A stretch of DNA of 51,608 nucleotides, filler included, from Catajapyx aquilonaris (GCA_000934665.2; 2 parts of 2 records of this genome joined end to end with filler, not necessarily neighbours in it), one strand, 5' to 3'; positions 1 to 14,835 are shown, counted from the whole stretch's first letter. Numbers and translations are program-made. The notes: generated from the letters alone by a model not told the origin.

Positions 1-3000
1 ACTGGATGTTAAATATTAATGAAGCAGAAACTACGTGCATTTTCTTTAAGAGGAAACTGACGGGAAGGAAATTGGGGGTTATTTCGGGGAATTTTTTCAT
101 TTTTATGGAGCGTAATACTCTATGGTTCATTTGCATGCTTAGAGGAAAATGGGGTTGAAGGAAAAGTGCATGCAACCAGGGTTCAGAGGGTAGATTCACG
201 CGGAAAGGTTAATTTGTTGGGGACAATATGGTGACGCTAAGTTTGTTTGGAGGTCTTGATTTTCCCACGAGCTGACTTGCATGTTTTTATTGAGGAAACT
301 GTGGTAGTAAATGCACTGATATGTGTGAATGTGAAAAGTCAACTCGGAAATTGACGAATTTTTTTTTTGTGAATTTTTCTACGCGTGTGTACAGTATACG
401 GTATCATGATACTGAAGATGAACCAAAAATCATGCCAGGATGCATGCCCAGAGACCATACACTCCCATAAATTATCGGCATGTGACACGAACATGTGACA
501 TTGTATGTAGTGTTCTGCTTCATGACCGGACAACGAGGATGTGCAGTCGGGAGATAATTTTGGGGAAACTTTTGTTTACCATCGCGTAACGTCACCAAAC
601 CGTCGAGTACTGGCCCACCTCCCAATAACTTTCTATCCAAGAGAAAATTGAGAATGGGCCTCAAAAAAAATCGATGTGCCTAATTGGAGGTTAGGGAAGT
701 TTGATAAGCGCGCTTTCACCCGTGATTAAACTTTCCCTCTACATCTGCGGACTTGTGAAACAGAGGGCTTCTCTGATGTAATATGAAAAAAATATTGAAT
801 ACCCGACTCATCATATCAAATGCCAGAAATGGGCACCTACCTGTAGAGTTGTTCTGGATGTAAAGCGCATGCGTTGTGCAGTGGCGCCGCTGGTAGGAGG
901 CCGCTAAATCGTCGCGATACAAGCAGGTGGGTTCCAGTTTGAAGCGGGAAGTCTACCCAGGTGCATATGTGTGCTATATACGTGTGTACCTACAGTGTGT
1001 ACTTAAGGTATGTGGCAAGTGGGGGGTATAGGGTGCGACATGTATTGTTAGAGCCAGTCTGGTGAAGTGGGTTAGGGAAGCCCCCGGACTAGGATATTCG
1101 TGCCCTTTTGTGAGGCCGAGCTGCCGTTATTCCAGGTGAATGGGTAAAGTATTCGTGAGGAACAAAAAAAAAAAAATGTGTGTGTGGTACATAGTTTCAA
1201 AAGGGGCGAGGTATGGAACTCATTATTGGATGTGCGGAACAGTGTTTGTTATTCGGGGCCTGAGGGACGATGTGCAGTGTTTGAACGTGTATCGATGAAC
1301 CGCGACACCGAATTATGTTTCGCTACAGTGTGGTACATAAAAGTAAATGCAAATTGATATTGGTAAAAAGAGGCACCTTACCGGTATGTACGACAGAAAA
1401 TATTTCAAATCATTCGGTACCAAACATGGCAAATTTTGAGAAAGGTGTAAACAGTTGCGCGAATTTGTAAACGATCATTAAGTGCATCCTGAGGCTTGTT
1501 AAAAGGAATTAGCATTTCCTTTTTACGTCACGTGCCCCCATTCATGGTCAAGGGCACTTCCTGACGTACCATACGTACTGAATATCAAGGTCATGTTATT
1601 GTTAACGAAAAGTGCAAGTCGGACAAAAATTTGACCCGAAATTAGCGCGATTTTTGCACTTATGTAACAATCGTTTTCTCTCAGCTGGGTGATGAGATAG
1701 GTCAGGTGCAATCAGCACATTCCTGGCGATAAAGTGATTAAATATTACAGTTAAGTGACTTATCACGTATCGCCGAAGTATGCAGGCTGATTCGAGGTTT
1801 TGCAAAAATTATCCCTTCCCGGCTGAAATTCGCGAGTAATAACAAGGCCCGGGCTGACCCTACGGGTTCGGTTTTTTTGTGTGTGTTTTTTTTAAAGGAG
1901 GTCTGGTGTTATGTGCATAATAATTAGCATTCACCGCCGCATCTTTTTTTTTCTTCTTCGGTTCATCATTTCGTAACAGTAGCGTGCAGCCAGATTTTTA
2001 CGAGCAGTTGCAAAGTACTGAAAAGTGACCTTGCTCTTCGCATTAACCAGACATCTCCGGAGCAAGTCGGTTTCCGATGATGATACCGGCAATGAGACTA
2101 GTTTTACGATGCCCATGAAGTAATTCTGGTAATGATGACTGGATCTTTTTTTTTACCAAGTTTCTTTTGTATTGTGACATAACGTTGCTTGAAAGGCAGT
2201 TCGTAGTGGTAATGATGCGGTTAACATGTACACCACATTATACATTATGGGGGAAATTAAAGCCTACTCTTTTGACAATTAGGTCGTATTATTGTGCGAG
2301 TTTTAAGCCGCCATTAATCATTTGAGCAAGAACTAATTTTCCGATCAATATATTTGCTGGGATTCAACTGCTATTGGTGGCAAATTTTCAGCAGGAAATG
2401 CATGAGCTGAATGGGTCGTAAAAATTGCATTGTAAATAGAGGCATATCTTGGTTTAGTCTAGAGGCCATTTTATGAGCATGGCAATGCCCACATTAAAAT
2501 GTTTTAAAATCATGTGGCTAGCTCCCACACGATTTTTTTTTCTTACTGTACAGTGTGCAGTAACCACCTTTACTTAATAGGCGAGTCATACCATGCATTT
2601 TTAAACAGGATCCCCCAATTGAATCCAGCTGCGACGAGACGGCAGGGTTGAATTAATGTCAAATTTACATCAAAAGATATTCCATAGGAATGTTTATGCA
2701 TGACAGGTGTGGGTATTTACTAATGCAACCTGGNCCACCCAGTTGAACATGGGGCTTTTGGATGTACCAAAGAGGGGGAGGAATGGCGGACCTAGGAATC
2801 GATACCGGTTCTTATGTTTGAAATCCGCACAAAGAGAGCTATAGGGACCGGATTAAGTCCATATCAAAGTGAGATCATTGTCGGTGTGAAATGATACGTT
2901 GCTGTGTATGTACCTATTGCTTATTCATGCTATAGGAAATATTCGTGCCAGGAATGAGTTTAACGATCGCATTTTCTGTACCACTTCCTTATTTATTGCA

Positions 3001-6000
3001 TGGGCTTATACAGGGTGAGTCAGAGAATCTCTCTGCACCGCCTGTCATTGTCGCTGAAATATCGTGTCAAGTCCCATCCCTTTTCCTTGTCGTGCCTTCT
3101 GCATTCCTTTCGTTCACAAAGATACGGGCGCGTACATATACACACAAAAAAGAGGTTGATAGGGATGGAATGTCTAGAGCAAACCGGTTGACTTTTTTAA
3201 AGGAAGAGTACACCGTCAGATCGTGATGATGGCTTCATATCGTGGGGGTCGTATTGAACCGAGTGCATCACTTTAATTCACGAACAAAGTCCTGAATTTT
3301 TGCATATTTCTATAGTGAAAATTAGTACATCAGTTCCCTCGTCCACACCATTTAGCACAGTGCAGTAAAGGCTACAGGGCTAATTGGTATAGCCTGTAGC
3401 CCATTTTACTGTGAACAATCGACAGCTGCGGGTGACTTGTGGTGGTTCTTCCGCCAGTAGCGCTTGTTTTATAGCCAAGTGGAAGCCAATCTCTTCAGAG
3501 GATCTGGGTTCAGGCAACGGTGTCGGTCCGGAGCAAAAGATTACAAGTGATCAGAGTTAGTGCCTTCCCGGAATTGAATCTGGCACGTTCATCCGCAAAT
3601 CTCAAGGAGCGTTAAGAAGAAGAAGAAAAAAAAGGAGCAGTTATTACAGCATATGGTTGAAAGAATCTACCTTTGGACAGGGTGAAGGAACGCATGGAAA
3701 TAGGCGATCCATATCTTTTTTTTTTTGATGGGTCGAATTTTCTTGCTGCATGTGCACTTTTTAACAACCTAACTGCTTTCTACACATGACTTGCTGATAG
3801 TTATCAGTGGTCAGTGTGCGCACTTTTTCGATTTTTTTTAAAAATAAAAAAGTTGTGATATTCAATATTGTCCCCTAAGCTCTGAACCGGCTTCATGGAC
3901 CAGGAGTCAAAATATGTCTGGTGCACATTCTTCCTGATTTGTTCGTTCCGTTACCTAGCAACAGTATACTTCCTTTACATTAGCAGGGGTTATTTTGAGT
4001 AAATGGTTAAATCCACTTCAACGCTACCCACACAGTTAGAGGTCAGCTATGTAATTGGATATGGCGGCGGTACGGACACGTCAACCCGCAGCATCTCCAA
4101 CATCTCTGTAAAGTCAAAATTAAACTTAATGCCCAGTTCTTGAATCTAGAACTAGTTTTCCTCTTCGTCGCAGTTGCCTCATTTCCCATGGCGACCATTA
4201 TGGTGAAGTAAAAAATAAAAAAATAAAGAAAAAGGTTGCTACGGGCGGACTGGAAGCAAACACACGCACTCTCGTTACCTTTGGAACATGAGATTTCTCC
4301 AGCTCCAGGGCTGCTGGAGGGATGATGCAAAAAGGTACTTTCGCTAATTGCAATAAGGAATAAGGGTTAGGAATTTTTGGGGGAGATGGGGAGGAAACTG
4401 CGACTCACCTTATAGAGCTAGGGGTATTTTACCTAATGAGATTATGAATCAGTGCTAGCTTCTTTGGCTGTCATGGTTTCCGACGGGAACGGATTTATAA
4501 TCTGAAGGGGATTGTATGTTATGGTGGCAATGCGCAGATGCGGGTTTTTGAACATTTTAAATGAGAATTACAGCCTGTTGTAAGATTTGTGCTTAATCTG
4601 CTGGAATATAATTAGCACTTTGCAAAATTGAGGAGCTTGTAATTTGTAGGGTTACTGCTGGTACGGCTTACTAGCTGGCTACTTGGAGTCGTTCTTTTTC
4701 GAGGTTTTACGGGCGTAATTTTGAAGCTTAGAGCTTTTTTTTTTTTTTTTTTTTTTTTTGCAAAAATCAGTCAGAAATTTGAGCTGTACTTACCTAGCGT
4801 TATCTGCTTAGTGCAGTGAAGCAACTAGGTAATTTTTTGTGCATTGTTCCCGAAATTATTCGACCGTAATTTTCTGTTTGTTTTGAGGTTTCCACTGCAT
4901 AACAAAGGTGACGTAACTAAATATTATGCGAAGTTTCTAATCTACAACTTCCAGATATCGGAAGTTTAAGAAATTCAAGCATGTAGAATAATGTACTGTT
5001 AGACTTGCTGGTAGCACTACGAACGTAAGCATCTCGTACGTAACAGTTTCGGCGCCGTTATTAATATTTTATCATCATTGACGTGCGTCAGGTTTTTCCA
5101 AACAAAACAATTATTTCACGTCACGGCTTATATATCGGAAGGCCGGCTGTGGATTACTTTATCCTTTGAAGGCTGCAACCTGCCAATCGTCAATGGCATG
5201 CATGTAGTATTCATATATGCAAATGAGAGTATTTATGGAGCACGACTACTCAATATAGATTGTGCCTATAGGCTATGTATACAGTACACGTACAAGTATG
5301 CTGATTCTAATAATAAAAAAGGGCGCAAAATTTTTGCACACATTTGTCTGCTGCCATATTAACTGAAGTAGAAACATTTTCTGGACTACAAGTATGAGTG
5401 GATTAGCCGCATTTGAGAGATTAATCCCAGTCTATAGCTTGTCAGTAAAGTTCCTTCAGTCGCAGACCGTTGCATTATGGATATTGCAGCGGCCATCTAA
5501 TTTTCTGGTAGAACAACAGCACCAAATGAATACTTTCTCAGCCTATTGGCCGGACATAAATCGGTGATCATTATTACACGTGGTACCGTAGGTGGTCCCG
5601 GAGATTTCACCTCCTGGGCGTATTGCCAAGGTAATAACTGTGGTTGAATGGGCCCGCTGTCCAGCGTGAAAGTGGACGGAACTATGATATGAGGAAACGT
5701 GAACGGTTATTATTATCGGGAATGAAAATTCGCATGTGTTATTACGCTACCTCGATCGAGACGCCTTTCGGCGGTGAAATTAAAACAGATAAGTTCCACG
5801 CCCTAAGAGACAAAAATAGCTAAAGACAATCAGGGATATTAGTTTGACTTCCTATATATTGTTGGCAGCCTGCCTCAACAGTGGGTCAGTTTTGAGACGA
5901 CAGGTAATTTTCTTAAGATGGAGAAGAAGAAATAAGCGGGAGATTCCAGGAAGAAAGTGGTTCGCGTGGGTGGGTTGGATGGGGTAGGTGGAGTTGTTGC

Positions 6001-9000
6001 TTTCATTTCTGGAAGGCCGTGCTCATATTGCAAGGCGGGGACCGTGCGTGTCAAGGTGAAGGGCGGAACGCCGTTGACGAGGCAGTCAGCCGGTGCCATG
6101 CTCTGCCCAGGGGCCACTTCCCAGGAATTATATTTCCGACATGCTCACGTACGAACACGACCGGTATCGAACCGATTTTACCGTCCAAATGCTGACAATA
6201 GCAAATATAAATTGTATTAATTGAAACTTTGCAGGAGTTTTGTATGCAAATGTGGCTAAATTCGAAACACTATAGACTTAACAACATTGAAATTACGGCT
6301 TCTTGAGCAGCGGTATGGAATAGCTAACTAGATAGCGGGTTGAGCTTCAAAGAGTTATTTTTTGGGCCTCCACTTATCGCTCCACTGTGCCTTCTGTGTA
6401 GTCATAATGCAGGCTACAAATTAGATTCCGACTGTTGAGTGCTAATTATTGGGGCCGCCCAGGGATGAGGCCCGGTATTTTTATTAATTTGTAAAGCCCA
6501 ACGGGCGCGAATTCCAAAAGGTCAAGGATGGTATCCGCACACGCATGAGTGAACGACCCTATCAACTTAGCTCGAATAACTATTGCAATTTTAATATAAA
6601 ATGGTTATCATCTCCTCTGAAATCCGATGAAGCAGGCGTCTTCTTCCTCCAGCTGAGAATCTCTCTCGAATTAGTAAAACACTTGGGAAGCGGAATTTCG
6701 CGTTTCGCCAACTCCACGGCGCTTATAAGTAAATTAGTACCCACGGAGAACTTGATCCGGAACTCAGCAGCTGTGGAAACATTGTGCCAAGTTTTCTGGG
6801 ATGCATACAAAGAGACGTGACGAAATGCGGGAGTGCTGGTCCTTCAGAGTCATCGGTTGCGACCTTTCAACCGGAAGTGTCCGGTCAAGCTGGTTTGGTC
6901 GGTGGTGCAGATTTTCAAAGCATCATGTTGCTGATGGAATAGTCATATGCCACACTTTGATGTAACCCATTTTTGGGCGCGACCATATAACCGGGAAGAG
7001 ACCTGAGGTCAAATAGGTTTCCACGGAAGAATTTGTTTGTGGGAAGCAACATTTTGCAAAAGAGACACCGGCTTTGCGTGGTTGCTTCTAATCCATTCCG
7101 ACTTGGCAAGACCTCGGTATTCTTACCAGTAAACAATCCGAAAGGACATCATCATTATCATCATCATCATTACGTGTGAATGGACCCAACCGAGGCCAGT
7201 GACTCGTGCCTGTAGGAGACACCTGCTTTGAAGACGTGATTGCTACAAGTTGGGTGAGGTAGAGGGTGGGGTGGATGGTGGTGAGGAAGGTCTTTTCATG
7301 TCCTCTTGTGTGCGATGTTATGCGCTGGATGAAAATTTTCCCACGGTGGCATTTTTCGCACATTTTATACGTGTGCGGCCTTACCGCAGAGGCATTACGT
7401 TGCTTGGATTAGCACCGTGAGTGGGCTCGTAAAATGCTATATTGACACAGTTACATGCAGTGTTAAAAATTTGTGCGACGTACATTACTGCTGCAAATAT
7501 TTCTCAGCAAGTTGCTGGAATACATGCTAAAATGTGTCAATTTGATAGCTATTTTTAGTTTCATGCTGAGCAATTGCCCCAGCATAATTTCGGATGTCCT
7601 ATACCATCAGGGACAATTTTCAACCAGATCAAAATAGTAAAAAAAAATTGGGATCGTTTCATGTTATTAAATTTACATGCTCCAGGGAATAGAATATCCA
7701 GAGCTATACGACAGGGTTTATTGGGCCTTTGTGCTTGAAGATGGTAATAAATAGCGTGTGCAGAGATAGCGGTACAAGAGTTCGTGCTTAGGAGGGATAA
7801 TGGCATCCATCTTGTGTCATTAATTCAAGTTGGAAGGATGCTGATTGCTCCTAACGTTTGTGTGGTTCTTATGTGTAGCAAATGCCGATGTGTACGGCCT
7901 GAGGAAATTGTCAGGGCGGATTATGGCTGCCGAGGGGGCGGCCTGCATTTATATTGGAGGCCGAAGATGTCCCTGCGGGAAGGTAGTTGCTAGATTACAC
8001 TTGGAACGTGCTAGTTTCAGAGGTGACAGACCCTGAGTTCTAGAAAAGGGACATGTGTTTTTTTTTGTGGATGGGCTTACGGAGGGCAAAAATCGCTTGT
8101 TTTAAAACTTACAAGACGATATTCTGAAATATTTTGAATGGTCTTTGGCTTAATTTGAATACACACATAAATGAATGATTAGTGCTTTACCAGACCAAAT
8201 TTTCGCTTATATTTTCTTGTAAATATGATCACATTATTTGTACAGTAGTTGAAATATTTTCAGAATATACGTTGAAGGCCTATACTTTGCATCAGTGTGC
8301 TGTACCAAACATGTAACATATGTGCATATTGTACAATATTGCTCTGGGTTATTCCAAATTTAGAGTGAACAGCAGCACCTGAGCTATTTTTACACGAACT
8401 ACAAATGTTATTTTAATGCCGACCTGTACTTTGCTATTTAAAGTGTAGCACATTTTGCCTCGAGGAAAACCTGTATAGTACATTTTTCATTACACGTCGA
8501 TAACTGTTACAAATTAGTAACTCCACGTTGTTGGCAGATATTAACTATATATCAAGTAGCCATTATAACTATATGGGCGTTTGAAGACGCGTAGTTGGGC
8601 AGCACTATACATCATTCCGGTGTACGTTCACGTGACAAACGTGTGACTTTGATCGTGACTACGTTTTGGGAAGACTTTTCCTGACATGGGGAAATTAGTA
8701 TTCTTTGACGTCACGCGATTCTCCCAGAGCATTTATCCCCCCCCCCCCCCTAGGTGCGTGCAGAGATATGCACCAGCTATTTCACTAAATTGTTGTCTCC
8801 TCATCTGTTTTCGAGCATATCACGGGATGTACAGGATTGGCGTGGGTATGTATTATGTATGTCCAATGTGCTATAGTTAGCAATTGGGAGACTGCGTCTT
8901 AGCCATTGTATGATTTCATCACTGTTACGTGTATTCCATGTTGAGTTTTATGTAACGTAAAATGACCAGTTGTGTATAGTACGGGGGATGTCCATTTGAG

Positions 9001-11039
9001 AGAAAAAAAAAGGGGGAGTGAGTAATTTTGCAAGAATATGACTGGCATTATGATCACACGTTGAGAAATGCAACCGTGTCTAGATGTTGACACCCGGGTG
9101 CCTGCGGTGTTATTAAATTAGCACCAAGGAACGTTCCAGCGTCACGTCCGCGATTGGAAGCCGCAAATGGACACAGATGACCGATGTCAGCTCTTGTCAC
9201 AGTCGCTTTTTGACACTCTCGTCACGTACTCCGAGGTCATAAATAATTCAGCGCCCATATCTATTCTGATGTGGATAGCTTGGTATATAATGTACCCTAT
9301 GGTCAGATGCTACATTTTTTGTACCTTGTCCGAATCGACCGCATCTAGTAAAAATTTCATGTGGGGAAAGTCATTGTTTTGGTGAAGGTCAGGCGATCGA
9401 AAACCTTTACCCCAACTGGCCGTACGTACTACATGTAAGGGATAATTTCTGCCTTAGAGTATGTACCCTGGAATAATGCAAGCACGCGAGGCATTCTTGC
9501 ACCGGCTCATCAAAAACAGCCTTACCCCATAATTTATATCGTACGTGTAGGAACGATGTTCGTATTGCGTCGTCTTGGGTATCGATGCTTTTGTTTCTTT
9601 TTATCTGAGTGGGGTTGCTCAAACTTGATTCCATCCTTGGTTGGCTTCATTCCCCAAGTGGCATTTGGACGACGTCAGAGAAAAATAACCGGGGTGGAAA
9701 GAAGGCGGCAGATGACCTCGCCCATGACATTTCAATGATCGGAGTCACTGGATGGTGCAATTACATCGGTATGTAATTCAGATGGTCCTTGCTACAATTG
9801 CGTCTGCATTGGTAGCAACTGTCGCAAGGACAATTTTTTTAAATACGAATTGATAGGACACCACTTGACGGACAGGTAGACAAAAGCGGTACGCCCGGTA
9901 CGCCTCATATTAATAATAACCGATGTCTGAAGCGCAGCCGACAAACCTATATTTGGGTAAGGAACAACCAGGTCGAGACGGTTTATTTGTTTCCAAAGAA
10001 AGTAGGGCCCCGGCATTATGAAAATGCCCTACTAGAACACAATTCCATCCTAGTTACACGGAACAACAACTTAGAACGAGTTAGTGTGTTCCGTGGTATT
10101 GGTCTGTGCCTACATCGCTGCTGCATCGTCTCCGTTCTGCGAAGTTAAGTCTCGCGGTTCTGTGCGGAACCAGACTTTTAGAGAGCCATATCTGGTTGTA
10201 CGTCACCCGTTCCTAGGTGACCGTGAAACGCAATCTGTGAGAGACTTCCGGTCCCTGCAGTGTATACATACCTAGAAGCCACCTTATGTAGAGCGTGGTA
10301 ATTTCCGATAGACTCCCCCTGAAATGATAGCACCCGTACTATATATATATACCGGCGTGACCCGGGTTTTTGGGTAACGGCCTGGACATGCCATGCTCGA
10401 GAGTCTAGTGGTACCTCCTCGCGATTTCCTTGTGAAACAAGCTGTACAGCTCGGGATTATATGCCGTGTTGGTACAGACCTTGCAATTAATGCGAGATTA
10501 TATATGAGAAGGGCAGACGGCGGAGTCATTAAGGGAGCTTTTGATAGTACGCATGCGCTTTGTGTGGGCGATATAGGCACGTCACATATTGTGAATAATG
10601 TAATCGGATGATTTTTCGCAATTTGTGTTCATACCACAACAGTGCAAAGGCACACCTCACATGTATTATGATACAGCTAATTATGCACACTGGTTAAAAC
10701 CCGAGTATTTCTGACCGGTGCCTTGTGGCTAGAGTTATTAATAGTAATTAAGCAGGTTTTTCCCACTGGGTTTTTCAGTTGGACGATGAGTGTGTGGGGG
10801 GTTATGCTGTTCTTCAATTGAGCCCCCCCCTCCCAGTTATTGACTTCGCGTATATTAGAGCGAAACGTGGAAGCACTTCCTACACCAACTCCCCTAATTA
10901 CAATTTGCTGCCTTTAGAGCGGGTATACCCCGGAGGAATTCCAACAACATGCCCCCTCCCTCCCCCCCCCTCCCCCCCGATGAAAAGTTGCCCTTTTTCC
11001 TCGCTGCTTGCGCACCCCTCATGTGTTTAATTTTTACAG

Positions 11040-11303
11040 GTTGGGCTGAAATCCTGCACCGCGCCGCTGTGACCTCTTGAAGCAATGAGGGCGTGGTGCT
11101 GAGCCAGTAGCACGAAGACGAAGACTTTTGAAGCCAGTCGGGAAACCAGAGCGTCCGGAGGAAGTTCCCCCCTGATAGCAAGAGGATGGGTTTGGGGGGT
11201 ACCGGAGGCGGTTAGGAGGAGGAGAGGGGGGTTTTTGAGTTTTAAAGACTTGTTGTAGTGTTGTATAAGGAACCAGAAGTGGTGGTGGTGGTTGGACCGC
11301 AAG
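11040..11303 (+). other. Probable 5'UTR part of the FAM43-like exon, with two short uORFs
   Basis: Acceptor-like TTTAATTTTTACAG|G ending at 11039. uORFs at 11085-11102 (MRAWC*) and 11186-11215 (MGLGGTGGG*). Confidence 0.5.
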
Positions 11304-11466
11304 ATGACCTCCTCGACCAGCAGCCGAGAGGGGAAGGAGAATCCCTTGCAGATGCTGAGGATCAATCTGAATAAGTTGTGGAAGAAGAGGAGTGTCACCA
11401 TCACAGATTATGATCCGACCTACAGAGTGGTGTACCTTGGGAATGTGGTCACTGGATGGGCCAAAG
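11304..11466 (+). CDS. FAM43: First coding exon of a FAM43-like (PTB/PID_2 domain) gene; the rest of the gene was not found in the window
   Basis: ATG at 11304 gives MTSSTSSREGKENPLQMLRINLNKLWKKRSVTITDYDPTYRVVYLGNVVTGWAK-G, ending at the donor AAAG|GTAAT (11467, phase 1). KKRSVTITDYDPTYxVxYLGNVxTGWAKG matches the N-terminus of the FAM43/PID_2 domain as I recall it from arthropod homologues. Alternative start at ATG 11352. Confidence 0.85.
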
Positions 11467-11838
11467 GTAATATGACCTTTTTGAATAATGCTAATATTCG
11501 AGGGGGTTGAACTGGAAGGCTTATAGTGTGCGTCGTAGGCTTTTGCGGTTGGATTATCTGATATCTGGGTAAACAACAAAAGATGGCAATGAACGGGGTA
11601 ATTGCCTGGGGGGTGGTTTCCGCAAGATTAATTAAAAGCTAGGTTGACTTTTGGCTGGAGGGAATAGTAATATGCAGGAGTTGTAATGAAGATAAGTGTC
11701 AGCTGAGTTGTTGATGTAGGCTTCACATACAGTACGTTCACACAGGAGCTTATTTTACCAATTCAATTGATGTGAAATGCAGATCAGTCACATTGGGGTG
11801 ATTTCGATATACTGTATAAAAGTTTGACACAGTTTAGT

Positions 11839-11956
11839 AACCAAATACTGTACTTTAAAGATGTACTGTATATAGCAGAAAATTGACAATCGATGACTCC
11901 ATTGATTGTCAATTTTCTGCTACATACAATACATCTTTAAAGTACAGTATTTGGTT
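11839..11956. repeat. Near-perfect inverted repeat/hairpin (57-bp arms, 4-nt loop); MITE-like or hairpin RNA
   Basis: AACCAAATACTGTACTTTAAAGATGTA...GACAATCGATG / ACTC / CATTGATTGTC...TTTAAAGTACAGTATTTGGTT, with 3 transition mismatches between the arms. Confidence 0.9.
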
Positions 11957-14554
11957 CTGCATTTAGGTCTTCATATAATTATGCTTGGGCCAGTGGCTAT
12001 ACAGTACTGCCTGTTATGATATGAAACTGTGATCCCTCTCGGTTGACAAAATGCTTGGGTGAAACGTAGGAGAATGGTACCCTTTTTTTTTCACAATCGC
12101 GATATACAGTGTGCGAAAGTGCAAATTAAGCAATTACGTGTCCGTTTCGGTGCGTGCTACACTTACCGAAACACGAGGCACCCGATTTTGCATTTGACGG
12201 TTTTGTTTGCTTTTCTTATCACGGGGGCCACCCCCAATTTGCAATTCGAATTATTTCGTGTAAACCAGGAACACCTTGCCGTGCTAATAACGTGACAGGA
12301 GGATATTAAATTTTAAACCTGGGACGTCAGCCCCGGATGTTTCAAAAGTTCAAATATTTAAACCAAAGCACGACCGAAAAATTAATATGCGTTTGGGACG
12401 ACCTGTTAGTATACCGGTAGCGATCAAGGGCTCTGAATACTCGAGCAACCAGTCGTGTTTAAAAGGCGGCGCCAAATGGCCTGAATTTAAATTTTATGAT
12501 CCAGGAACAAATCAGGACGCAGCTAAGACACGTGATCCGCTCAATTTTGATTGGCTGTAATGTTTTGCAGGGTAATACCCGGTTCATTATCAGTCTGGGG
12601 GTGTCGAGTATCGGTAATTATGTTTCATAAGCACCGAATCTACATGCATATTCTTAGGGGAGACCGTACACGTCTCTCGTGCATGGAATCCATTACACGG
12701 TACTACAAAATCCGGGATTGGGCTGGCCGGTCCTGAAATGAGGCTTGGCAGATCCCCTCTTAATCACACTTAATGAAAATGCCACTTGGGTGTAGTTTGC
12801 AAGGCGCATCCGCCTACTTGACTCGCCGCCATGATTAGTGTGACAATTTTTTTTTCGATGTCGTTTTTGCGACACTCCCCTCTAGGATATAATTAGTTGG
12901 CTGTCTCGTTTGACAGAAAGAGCTGTGTCAAAGTCACTTGTAGGGGGTTAGTATTTGAATGAAGCTCCGTGTTTTTGATCTCTCTGGTGCTGTTTTTGTG
13001 TGGGACAAATGTTCGTTCTATGAAGGGAAATAATTTGGTTAATTGAGTTTACGTCACAGTTCGTAAGATATTACACGGAAGTTTTTGAGGGGGGATCGAT
13101 TTTATGTCAGGTGTGTGAGAACGAGTGCAAGTGTCGTTTCATGGACATCTTAATTAATTGGCAGAATCGATTTTATACGCGGACCTGACGTTGCGAATCA
13201 CTCCAAACCGCTGTGCAATGCCTTAGTTATAACCAGGTGTAATTTGCATCGCCTCACTGATTTGTGCGGGATGTCATGTCACATTTTGTTCACACCCTGT
13301 TTCTTTTCATAATTACGTAAAGGATTAATAATTGTGGATTTGGTGGTCATCGAATCACCCTAGTGTATCCACAGTTATTCAGGTGCAAGAAGCGTGTTGC
13401 ATGCGGTTTATGACTTCTGTTAAAGCTCGTATTGATTTACAGCCACACTTTAAATGCGCATTTAACATTGATTGTTCACACAATCATTCGGTAGCATCTG
13501 CGCAATATGGCGTCCTATTATTACACACTATTTGTATATACACACATGACTAGTGCATGGCATCAGCGTCAGATTTTGTCACCTGAGTCATCCTCCTCAA
13601 GGTTCATTGTGAAATATGCGTATCTTAGACGCGTGCGTGAAGTGCGTCAACAATCATAATGGGCATGTTCCCTCCTAGAATTTACGACTGTTTTCATCCC
13701 CATTTTTTTTTCTAGTTAATCTTTGACTTCATTGATCATGCACCGTGCACTGACCCGTCTCCATTTTTATTCTTGGGGTGGGCCCTGATATCAAGGGAAG
13801 CATGTTGGCCCAGGGCGAATACAAATGTGCGCCACCCGAGTCCAATATCAAAGAGTGTCCCCTCCCCACCTCAGCAAAACTCAACCTCTCCTAACAGCAG
13901 CACCATGTCCCTTTGGATGTGAAAGTGGTTCTGGAGACCTTGCGGACAACGACCCTCTTCCTGCTCCCTTTTGCTAAACGAGATTTTTCGTGTTCGGGTT
14001 TCTGCATTTCAAGTGCTGCTCGATCTGCCCGGGAGAAACAGTGGCCACAATTGCGGCATGGTGGCCACGAGGTGTGGTAGTCTGGTCCAAAGTAACATTT
14101 AGAAAGTGAAGAAAAAAAAAAAGAGGAGGAAGAGTGACATTTTTGGATGTGGGGGGGTCAAAATTGTGCGAATTTTGTTGGATGAAAGGGCATCGGGTAA
14201 ATTGACTCGTACAGTATGATACAAGTGTGATGTACTTGACAGGCCAATACGGTCTTGTTAATGAAATTTGGCTTTTTGCTCAATTTTTGAGCCAAATATG
14301 CATATAGTCGTCCGGATATTTTTAGCCACTGTTGTACTTGTAAGATAAATTATTCAAACAAGCACCGGCTCATGTGACCTGTAGGTCTGTGCTTCGTTGT
14401 AATTAACGTGTTTACCGGCACAAACCTTTGTCGACTCTGAAGTATATACCTTCCCACTAATGATGACCCTGCTCGTAACATCTTTCGCTCCGAAGTTTTA
14501 TTGAAGTTTTGGAGAGAGTAAGAAAAAAAACCATTAAGGAACTACCGCTGAAAA

Positions 14555-14835
14555 ACTTATGCAATTTTGGGAGAAAAATAGGTTTTCTCTGCCCGGAATG
14601 TACGTTACATGGACATGAAAATAATAAGTATCTGTATACCGTTGGATTAGACAAAAAGTGTATAGATGAATTTATTATCGAAGGTCGCAAATGTCTATAT
14701 GGAGACGAACTCTGAAGGTATATATGTATACTCGCTTTGCGAGTATATGTATATATACACCAGAGGGATAATACAAAATGAAGTCTTTCCGTACAGCATC
14801 ACCGGAGCAATTTTCAGGGAAAAAGGGATGCGATG
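14555..14835 (+). mobile_element. Eroded hAT transposase C-terminal dimerisation-domain relic
   Basis: Broken frames read LMQFWEKNRFSLPGMY...KYL(C)IP...EVF.SITGAIFREKGMR, resembling the hAT motif FW..N...P.L..LA.KYL.IPA.S...ER.FS..G. Multiple stops and indels. Confidence 0.4.

Noticed and set aside
3363..3411. Small imperfect inverted repeat (CAGTAAAGGCTACAGG / CCTGTAGCCCATTTTACTG)
   Set aside because: Short, with no TSD or second copy; no function assignable.
5395..5500. hAT-like KFLQSQT..MDIAAA relic
   Set aside because: Only a short motif across a frameshift.
9480..9600. CR1/L2-like HRY.RR...PTRT.NYG relic on the minus strand
   Set aside because: Too degenerate to call.
1..11000. Numerous 60-95 aa ORFs
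   Set aside because: No recognisable domains or coding bias; consistent with chance ORFs in intronic or intergenic DNA.
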